Below are positions 40,886 through 48,192 of a stretch of 64,000 bases of DNA, one piece after another. The translations under genes were made by a program, and so were the position numbers. Where the stretch lies: contig JAEUHK010000045.1 of the NCBI GenBank assembly GCA_016795465.1, positions 39,785 through 103,784 of the forward strand. The letters are read 5' to 3'. The stretch's first letter is position 1; each line of letters opens with the position of its first letter. A model generated the notes under the pieces. That model had not been told where the DNA came from, made no database searches, and saw only the letters and a program-made list of their open reading frames with translations. This DNA comes from Verrucomicrobiaceae bacterium (GTDB lineage Bacteria; Verrucomicrobiota; Verrucomicrobiia; Verrucomicrobiales; Verrucomicrobiaceae).

Positions 40886-41425
40886 TCACACACGCTCCTC
40901 CCAGCGTGCGAGCAGCCACAGCACATCCGAGAGGCGGTTCAAAAAACGCGCCACATCGCGATTCGGGACCGCCTCGGGCGTGTCATCGAGATCGATCACG
41001 TTCCGCTCCGCCCGACGGCAGGCCACGCGGGCCAGATCCGCGTGTGCACCGCTGAGCACACCCGCCTCACCTGGCAGCGCCCAGCCTTTGAACTGCATCG
41101 CTCCACCGGCCTCTAGTTTCGCCGCGAGCTCATCCAGATGCGCCACCTGCCCTGCGCCGATGATTTCCTTGTGCGTAGCGGCGTAGCGTTCCTCCAGTCC
41201 GGGCGGCGTTGCCAACTCGCCCATGAGGCCGATGAGCCAGCGCTGCACTTGCGGGATGAGTTCACGCGTCTCCGCCTTCACCGCGGTGATGCGCAGCAGG
41301 CCGAGAGCCGCGTTGAGTTCATCAACGGCACCGAGCGCATGCACGCGAGGATGCGATTTTGCGGCGCGAACGCCAAAAAGAAGGTCGGTGGAGCCGTCGT
41401 CGCCTTTGCGTGTGGTGATGGACAT
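40886..41425 (-). CDS. pduO: ATP:cob(I)alamin adenosyltransferase, PduO type
   Basis: ITTRKGDDGST, GAVDELNA, ARVACRRAER and FLNRLSDVLW. Confidence 0.93.
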   Translation of the reverse strand: MSITTRKGDDGSTDLLFGVRAAKSHPRVHALGAVDELNAALGLLRITAVKAETRELIPQVQRWLIGLMGELATPPGLEERYAATHKEIIGAGQVAHLDELAAKLEAGGAMQFKGWALPGEAGVLSGAHADLARVACRRAERNVIDLDDTPEAVPNRDVARFLNRLSDVLWLLARWEERV

Positions 41426-41446
41426 GGCTGTGAATAGATCAAAGCC

Positions 41447-42079
41447 TCACACCGGCCAGCGGAAACACTGCCCGGCAGCCAGTTTCGCCCGCGAATAAGC
41501 CGAAATGCGCACGCGATTGGCGCTATTGCCGCTCAGCAGCCACACATTCGTCTGGTCCATCGCGTGGAGGAAGCCCACATGACCGCTCGCTCCGGCGGAA
41601 AGCGGCTGCGTGACCACCACGCAGCCATACGTCGGCCCCACGGCACGGCCGTAGCTGATCCACTGGCCTGCGAGGCCGGTGTTGTGACCGCGAAAGCCCG
41701 CCTTGCGGATGCACCAGTTCACGAAGGCCCCGCACCAGCTCGTCTCATCACCGCCACGCACGCCCACGCTTGCGAGATACTCCACGATCCGCGGATTATC
41801 GCCCGGGTTCCACTCGGCCACGCCTTGTTCACGCAGCGCCACCTCCATCCACGGCGGCGTCTGCGGGGCAAAGCCAGCCGCTTGAGTCACCGGACGTGCG
41901 GGCTCTGCCTGCGGGGCGGCACCCGCCACCTGCACCACCTGGCCGGGGTAAAGGATGCGGCAGTTGTTGTTCGCATCGCAAAGGCCGGGATTCATCGCTT
42001 TGAACTGGTCAAAGCTCATCCCGAACTTCCGTGCGATGCCCATCGGCGTGTCGCCGCTCTGAATCATGTAGGCTGCCAT
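41447..42079 (-). CDS. LysM plus TIGR02594-like (NlpC/P60/CHAP-type) peptidoglycan hydrolase
   Basis: LysM YMIQSGDT..IARKF..NP, PPWMEVA..E.GV.E, NPRIVEY, DETSWCGAFVNW and GHVGF. Confidence 0.85.
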   Translation of the reverse strand: MAAYMIQSGDTPMGIARKFGMSFDQFKAMNPGLCDANNNCRILYPGQVVQVAGAAPQAEPARPVTQAAGFAPQTPPWMEVALREQGVAEWNPGDNPRIVEYLASVGVRGGDETSWCGAFVNWCIRKAGFRGHNTGLAGQWISYGRAVGPTYGCVVVTQPLSAGASGHVGFLHAMDQTNVWLLSGNSANRVRISAYSRAKLAAGQCFRWPV

Positions 42080-42130
42080 GGCCAGACGATGCACCGGCAC
42101 CCGCCGGGTGCCAAATTCATATTCCCGCCA

Positions 42131-42895
42131 TCACTTCGCGTTCTCGTCGTAGCGATGCAGCGGCCTCACCCAGATATTTCGATAGCGCACGGGATTGTGA
42201 TGATCTTGAAGCGCAAAGCCAAACTTCTGCGTCGCCGCCTCCAGCACCGCCGCATGATGCACCACCACGCCATTGTGCATCACCGTCAGGCGTGCAGGCT
42301 CCAGCACTTTGCCCTTCGCATCGAGCTTCGCACACTCGCAGATGATGTCATAGGTCTGCCATTCGCCCGGCTTGCGGCAGGCATTCACCAGCGGCGGATA
42401 GCGATGGTAGATCGCCGCGGCCTGTCCATCGGGATAGGTATCGTTTTCGTGCGAGTCGAGCACCTGCACCTCGCCCCAGCCGTGAATGAGCACGCCGCTG
42501 TTCCCGCGACCTTGACTCTTGCCGACGACTTCCGCAGGCGTGGCCCACTCGATGTGAATCTGGCAGGAGCCAAACTGGTCACGCGTGTCGATATCGCCGC
42601 CCTTCGGTTTGATCTCCGCGTAACCGTTTTCGATCTTCCAACTCGGTGTCTCGCTCTTGTCCGGATCATCGCGACGAGGCTTGCGGATGAACCGCGAGAG
42701 GTCTGTGCCATCAAACAATACCACCGCATCACTCGGAGCCGTGTTCGCCGAAGGCGGCGTGATCACCGTGGGCCGCGGTCGCTGCATGTCCCCCTCTCGA
42801 TAAACGCCACCAGGTGTGAACGGCTTTTCTTTGGATGGCTCCGCGGCCATCGAAACAGCAGCGGACAAGGCGAGAACGAGTATGGAGCGATGCAT
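42131..42895 (-). CDS. DUF1080 (3-keto-disaccharide hydrolase-like) protein, secreted
   Basis: PSDAVVLFDG, HIEW, RGNSGV, EVQVLDS, GEWQTYDI and LQDH.NPVRYRNIW. Confidence 0.92.
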   Translation of the reverse strand: MHRSILVLALSAAVSMAAEPSKEKPFTPGGVYREGDMQRPRPTVITPPSANTAPSDAVVLFDGTDLSRFIRKPRRDDPDKSETPSWKIENGYAEIKPKGGDIDTRDQFGSCQIHIEWATPAEVVGKSQGRGNSGVLIHGWGEVQVLDSHENDTYPDGQAAAIYHRYPPLVNACRKPGEWQTYDIICECAKLDAKGKVLEPARLTVMHNGVVVHHAAVLEAATQKFGFALQDHHNPVRYRNIWVRPLHRYDENAK

Positions 42896-43005
42896 GAGGA
42901 CAGCTCAAACGGCCCCAGCCGTTTGTTTTTCCATGGATTCAGACCGCCATGCCACACGACTGACTCCCCGGTTGCGCCTCCACCCCTCTCTCGCCACCAT
43001 CGGCC

Positions 43006-46000
43006 ATGCCTCGCGACGCCATCACGATCCTGCACCTCTCGGACATGCAGTTTGGGAAGAATCATTCTTTCGGGACCTATGGCCCGGAGAGGAAAGCGGT
43101 GGCGGAGCTGACACATGACACGTTGCTAGCCGGACTGATTCAGGACTTGGATGACTTGAAGAGAGATTTTGGCCTTCAGCCGGATGTCGTCGTAGTGACT
43201 GGCGATTTGGCCGAGTGGGGCCTGGAAAGCGAGTTTGAGCAGGCGAGGGAGTTTTTGGAAGGCCTTGCCGCGCATTTGGGCATCGCACCGGAGGAGCGTT
43301 ATCGAATCGCCATCATTCCTGGGAATCATGACATTGACCGCTGGGGGGCTGAGCAGGACTGGATCGGCTGGAAGCGTCGCGGCAAAAAAGGCGCTCCGTT
43401 CGGATTCACTCGCTGGGAATACTTCGCGAAGATGTTCGAGGCGTTTTATGCCGCGGTGCCCAAGGAAGGCGGTTTGAGGCCGGAGTTTGTGAATGACAGG
43501 CCCTACAGCCGTTTTGTGCTGCCTGAGCACAAACTCATGTTTGCGGGCATGAATTCCACGCTGGCCGAGTGCCATCTGGAGACGCCAGAGACCATCGAAG
43601 GCATCAGCTACGGCCATCATGGCTACGGGGGCAAACCTCAGTGGCAGCACTTCGCCAAGGAACTGGCAGATTACGAGACGCAGTGTTGGCTGCGGATCGG
43701 CTTGATCCATCACAATCTGAACCGCGCTTTTGATAAGGATGAAGAATGCCTGCGCCACGGGGACCTCCAGGACTTGAACAGCATCGTGGGACCGCATTTG
43801 AACCTTCTGCTGCACGGTCATACGCACTCAGGCGATGAAGACAGCCTGAAAAACGGTGTCCCAGTCCTCTCGACCGGCACTCCATCACTCGGAGATTCGC
43901 AGAAGCCGCCGGGCGAGCCAAATCAATATCAGATCATCCAGCTTCACCCGGAAGGCATCACCACCACCCATCGAGCCTGGAACATGAAGGACGGGCGCTT
44001 TGTCACCGATGGGAGCAAGGGCGGAAATAAGTCGCCGGGAGTTAAAACCAGGGACGTTCCGTGGAAAAATGCGCAGGCTACTTTTCCAGCCCGGCTGCTG
44101 ATCGAGGGCGATGAAGGTGATTCAGGCCTCAAACCTGGCAAACGCATTTCGGCTCCGCGTGAAGAAGAATTCATGGATGCCGTCATGAGGTCTCATGGGG
44201 GACATTCGCCGATGCTGGAGCAGTTGGAGTCCGTCTGCCGGCTCCGCTATGAAGAGCCAGATGTCTCCCGTCGCTCGGACGGCCCCGTGCCCTACCTTCG
44301 CATCGTGACCCGCAGCCCTTTTCAGCGTGTGTTCGCCGTTGGCGCACTGCCCGAGGGGCTGACGGAGGAAGGAGTGAACGCCTTCAAGAAAGTCCACGAG
44401 ACCTTCGTGCAGCTAGACCCCCATGTGGAGAATCATCTGGTGTATGCCGGTTCTGTCATCCCGACTACGGCGCAGACCTTGGCGGCTGGTTCGGGTTTCA
44501 AGGTGTGGAGCTACCACCAGTTTCAGCGCATTTGCAGTCTCACCGAGGCAGTGGAGGCCCAGACCCGGCGTTTGCAGTCAGATACGATTTACCCGCCGGA
44601 GCTTTACGTCGATCAGGAGGTCTCCATCTACTCTCGCAACTACCACCGCAGCGGAGATGCCGAGATTCCCGAGAGTGGACTGACTCGCCGCAAGGAGGCA
44701 CTGACGGCCGTCTCGGCGCTGCTGGAGGATCATGCCGCCCCTTCCTTCGTCTTGGTGCATGGAGACTTTGGCGCGGGGAAGACCTTCCTGCTGCGTCAGC
44801 TCGCCTTGAAGTTCCATGAGGCGGGCAATCCACTCATCCCGATCTTCATCGAGCTGCGTTCGCTGGAGAAAGACTTCAGTCTCGACCAGCATCTGGCGGC
44901 ACACTTTGCCCGTCAGGGTGTGGACATGCCAGTCATCCCGAAAGCGGCTCTTCGCTACATGCTTGAACAAGGCCATCTGCTCCTGCTTTTTGATGGTTAT
45001 GATGAGCTGGCACGAAACGTTACCTTCGACACCGCGGCGCAGTATTTAAAGAACTTGGCCGAAGCCGCCGGCGGCAGGGCCAAAGTTGTCCTCACCGTTC
45101 GCACGCAGCATTTCCTGTATGACCGCCAGATGGTGGAGCATCTGGCCGGGCTTCCAGGCTTCCAGCGCCTCCGTCTGGAGCCATTTACCGAGGAACAGAT
45201 TCTCCAGTTCCTCGTGAACAAGTTCCGCATGTCGAAAATAGGGGATGAGGCCGCCGCAAAAGCACGCCTCGAGCTACTGCGTGAGGTGAAGGATCTTCTA
45301 GGTCTCTCGCAAAACCCGCGCATGCTTTCCTTCATCGCCGAACTGGAGGAGGAAAGACTGCGGGAGGCGCAGACGCGTGAAAAAGATGGCAGGATCAGCG
45401 CAGGATCACTCTATCAGATCATCCTCGATCAATGGCTCGCCAATGAGATCAAACGCCGCCCGGACAACCGCCAGAAAGACGAGGACCGTTTGAAAAGGCT
45501 CTGGCTGTCCGTGGAAAAGCTGGCTCTCATCGCCTGGCCGAAGCAGGAGCGAGTGTTGGATGAGAGCGAGTGCATCGAAGTCGCCAAACAGGTGATCTCC
45601 GAGTTGCTCGCCACCCAGCTTCATCCGCGTGAGGAGGCACAGGCGGTGGCCTCTGGCAGTTTGCTCAGCCGGGAGGGAGACGGACGGTTTGCCTTCGCCC
45701 ATCAGAGCATTCTGGAGTGGCTGGTGGCGCGGGTGGCGGCCAGAAGCATCCAGGCCGATCAAAACCCCGAAGTTTTGTGCCAGCAGGAGATGACCCATTT
45801 GATGGCGGACTTCTTGATCGATCTGCTTGAGTCACCGCAGCAGGTATTCGACTGGACGCTCCGCATGATGAACGCCACTGAGGAAAGCACTGGGAAGTTC
45901 GGCAAATCAAATGCAGTGCTGGTGACAAGGCGGCTCGGACGTGTGGTGGACGGGGTGGAACTAAAAATCAACCAGGCCAAGCTTTCACTCGCCGGCCAGG

Positions 46001-48066
46001 ACTTGCGTGGAAAAAACTTGGACCGTCAAAGCTTTGGGCACGCCGATCTTTCCGATTCCGATCTCTCGCAATCCAGTCTGTGCCACGCCGATTTGCGTAA
46101 TGCAAAGCTCATTCGTGCCAATCTCACCGAAGCCGATCTCTCCTACGCCGACTTGCGTGGGGCAAATCTGATGGCGGCGTGTTTCACCCGGGCCACACTC
46201 ATTGGGACCGATTTGCGGGGGGCTGAGATGACGGGGAGCCTGTGGGAGATGGCTCGGCTGGCTGGAGCGATGCTTGATGATCCGCAGTTGAGTGGTTTGC
46301 AGTCCTGGGGGGCTGGTTTGCCCGACATGCACCACCAGCCCGCCCTTTTGTCCAGCGCTTCGGCGGTTAATGCGGTGGCATGGTCCCCCCGGGAGGATGT
46401 GGTAGCGACGGGGCACGACAATGGCCTCATTTGCATGTGGGATGCGCACAGCGGCAAGCCGCTTCAGACGCTCGAAGCCCACTCGAACTGGGTCAGGAGT
46501 CTGTGTTTCGATGCGGAGGGCAACCGCCTTGCAAGCGGGTCGGATGACAAAACCGTCCGGCTGTGGGATGCGCACAGCGGCAAGCCGCTCCAGACGCTCC
46601 AAGGTCATTTGGGCACCGTTAGGAGTGTGTGTTTCGATGCGGACGGGAGTCGCCTTGCAAGCGGGTCGGATGACAAAACCGTCCGGCTGTGGGATGCGCA
46701 CAGCGGCAAGCTGCTCCAGACGCTCGAAGGTCACTCGGGGGCTGTCATGAGTGTGTGTTTCGATGCAGAGGGCAGTCGCCTCGCCAGCGGGTCGTATGAC
46801 AACACCGTCCGGCTGTGGGATGCGCACGGCGGCAAGCCGCTTCAGACGCTCCACGGTCACACGAACTGGGTCATGAGTGTGTGTTTCGATGCGGAGGGCA
46901 ACCGCCTCGCCAGCGGGTCGGATGACAACACCGTCCGGCTGTGGGATGCGCACGGCGGCAAGTCGCTCCAGACGCTCCACGGTCACTCGGGCTACGTCAG
47001 GAGTGTGTGTTTCAATGCTGAAGGCAGCCGTATCGCCAGCGGGTCGGATGACAACACCCTGCGCGTGTGGGATGTGCACAGCGGCCAGTGCCTGCAAACG
47101 TTCGAAGGTCACTCCCATTGGGTCAGAAGCGTGGCCTTCAACGCGGAAGGCAGCCGTATCGTCAGTGGGTCGGATGACAACACCCTGCGCGTGTGGGATG
47201 CGCACAGCGGCCAGTGTCTGCAAACGCTCCAAGGTCACTCCAATTCAGTCCTGAGCGTGGCCTCCAACGCTGAAGGCAGCCGTATCGCCAGCGGATCGTA
47301 TGACAAAACATTGCGCGTGTGGGATGCGCACAGCGGCCAGTGTCTGCAAACGCTCCAAGGTCACTCCCATTGGGTCAGAAGCGTGGCCTTCAACGCTGAG
47401 GGCAGCCGTATCGCCAGTGGGTCGTTTGATCAAACCCTGTGCGTTTGGGATGCGCAGAGCGGGAAGTGTCTGCAAGCTCTCAAAGGTCACAAGGGGACCG
47501 TGCTGAGCGTGGCCTTCAATGCGGAGGGCAGCCGTCTCGCTAGCGGGTCGTATGACAACACCGTCGGGCTGTGGGATACACGCAGCGGTAAGCTGCTCCA
47601 GACGCTCGAAGGTCACTCGGGCTATGTGATGAGTGTGGGTTTCAACGCGGAGGGTAGCCTCCTCGCCAGCGGGTCTTATGACAAAACCGTCCGGCTGTGG
47701 GATGCGCACGGCGGCAAGCCGCTCCAGACGCTCCAAGGTCACTCGGGCACTGTCACGAGTGTGTCCTTCTGGCAGGGTGGGCGGGTGGGCGGGCCTGCTT
47801 TGCTCGTCTCGGCTAGTGAGGACGGCACGATCCGCATCTGGGATGCGGAGGCGGGCCTATGCTTGGGCATCCTCATCGCCCATGGCGATGCTTGGGCCGC
47901 ACTGCGACCCGATGGCCGCTACCGGGCTGTGGGCAATCTGCAAGACTACCTCTGGCACGTCTCCGGTCTCGTCCGCTATGAACTCGGTGAACTCGATGAA
48001 GTCGATCCCCGCCTCAAACTCGCCGAAGACGAACCGCTGATCCCACCCGCGTATTTTGCGAAGTGA
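43006..48066 (+). CDS. NLR-like STAND protein: metallophosphoesterase, REase-like linker, NACHT, pentapeptide repeats, WD40 propeller
   Basis: Phosphoesterase motifs HLSDMQ, TGDL, PGNHD, HH, HGHTH. Walker A GDFGAGKT (~44761), Walker B LLLFDGYDE, NPRML and FAHQSILEW. A(D/N)Lxx repeats at ~45985-46280. Twelve 42-aa WD40 repeats. Confidence 0.93.
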   Translation: MPRDAITILHLSDMQFGKNHSFGTYGPERKAVAELTHDTLLAGLIQDLDDLKRDFGLQPDVVVVTGDLAEWGLESEFEQAREFLEGLAAHLGIAPEERYRIAIIPGNHDIDRWGAEQDWIGWKRRGKKGAPFGFTRWEYFAKMFEAFYAAVPKEGGLRPEFVNDRPYSRFVLPEHKLMFAGMNSTLAECHLETPETIEGISYGHHGYGGKPQWQHFAKELADYETQCWLRIGLIHHNLNRAFDKDEECLRHGDLQDLNSIVGPHLNLLLHGHTHSGDEDSLKNGVPVLSTGTPSLGDSQKPPGEPNQYQIIQLHPEGITTTHRAWNMKDGRFVTDGSKGGNKSPGVKTRDVPWKNAQATFPARLLIEGDEGDSGLKPGKRISAPREEEFMDAVMRSHGGHSPMLEQLESVCRLRYEEPDVSRRSDGPVPYLRIVTRSPFQRVFAVGALPEGLTEEGVNAFKKVHETFVQLDPHVENHLVYAGSVIPTTAQTLAAGSGFKVWSYHQFQRICSLTEAVEAQTRRLQSDTIYPPELYVDQEVSIYSRNYHRSGDAEIPESGLTRRKEALTAVSALLEDHAAPSFVLVHGDFGAGKTFLLRQLALKFHEAGNPLIPIFIELRSLEKDFSLDQHLAAHFARQGVDMPVIPKAALRYMLEQGHLLLLFDGYDELARNVTFDTAAQYLKNLAEAAGGRAKVVLTVRTQHFLYDRQMVEHLAGLPGFQRLRLEPFTEEQILQFLVNKFRMSKIGDEAAAKARLELLREVKDLLGLSQNPRMLSFIAELEEERLREAQTREKDGRISAGSLYQIILDQWLANEIKRRPDNRQKDEDRLKRLWLSVEKLALIAWPKQERVLDESECIEVAKQVISELLATQLHPREEAQAVASGSLLSREGDGRFAFAHQSILEWLVARVAARSIQADQNPEVLCQQEMTHLMADFLIDLLESPQQVFDWTLRMMNATEESTGKFGKSNAVLVTRRLGRVVDGVELKINQAKLSLAGQDLRGKNLDRQSFGHADLSDSDLSQSSLCHADLRNAKLIRANLTEADLSYADLRGANLMAACFTRATLIGTDLRGAEMTGSLWEMARLAGAMLDDPQLSGLQSWGAGLPDMHHQPALLSSASAVNAVAWSPREDVVATGHDNGLICMWDAHSGKPLQTLEAHSNWVRSLCFDAEGNRLASGSDDKTVRLWDAHSGKPLQTLQGHLGTVRSVCFDADGSRLASGSDDKTVRLWDAHSGKLLQTLEGHSGAVMSVCFDAEGSRLASGSYDNTVRLWDAHGGKPLQTLHGHTNWVMSVCFDAEGNRLASGSDDNTVRLWDAHGGKSLQTLHGHSGYVRSVCFNAEGSRIASGSDDNTLRVWDVHSGQCLQTFEGHSHWVRSVAFNAEGSRIVSGSDDNTLRVWDAHSGQCLQTLQGHSNSVLSVASNAEGSRIASGSYDKTLRVWDAHSGQCLQTLQGHSHWVRSVAFNAEGSRIASGSFDQTLCVWDAQSGKCLQALKGHKGTVLSVAFNAEGSRLASGSYDNTVGLWDTRSGKLLQTLEGHSGYVMSVGFNAEGSLLASGSYDKTVRLWDAHGGKPLQTLQGHSGTVTSVSFWQGGRVGGPALLVSASEDGTIRIWDAEAGLCLGILIAHGDAWAALRPDGRYRAVGNLQDYLWHVSGLVRYELGELDEVDPRLKLAEDEPLIPPAYFAK
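46351..47850 (+). repeat. Tandem 126-bp WD40-coding repeat array
   Basis: (G/A)H starts at 46477, 46603, 46729, 46855, 46981, 47107, 47233, 47359, 47485, 47611 and 47737. Units 1 and 2 share 61 identical nt. Confidence 0.95.
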
Positions 48067-48082
48067 TGATGAAGCTCGGAAA

Positions 48083-48140
48083 GGTAAAATGATGAAGGGT
48101 AGAATGATTGGGGACATCATTTTACCAGCAACATTTTACC
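48083..48140. repeat. Intergenic tandem-plus-inverted repeat hairpin
   Basis: GGTAAAATGATG..GGTAGAATGAT followed by CATCATTTTACC..CATTTTACC. Confidence 0.75.
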
Positions 48141-48172
48141 GGTGGGTTTATTCTGGTTCATGGCCCCTCGGG

Positions 48173-48192
48173 CGGCCTGAAGGCCGAACTAC
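48173..48192 (-). repeat. Single GTAG-type REP-like palindrome overlapping a stop codon
   Basis: Minus strand GTAGTT-CGGCCTTCAGGCCG. The TAG of GTAG is the stop of the CoA-ligase-like gene. Confidence 0.55.

Noticed and set aside
45985-47742. Repetitive antisense ORFs (417 aa and 165 aa) opposite the WD40 array
   Set aside because: A stop-free antisense frame propagated by the 126-bp repeat, with no independent coding signal.
46351-47850. Possible DGR variable region or CRISPR-like array
   Set aside because: No reverse transcriptase or template repeat is in the window and variation is not adenine-restricted. Units are contiguous in-frame coding repeats without spacers.
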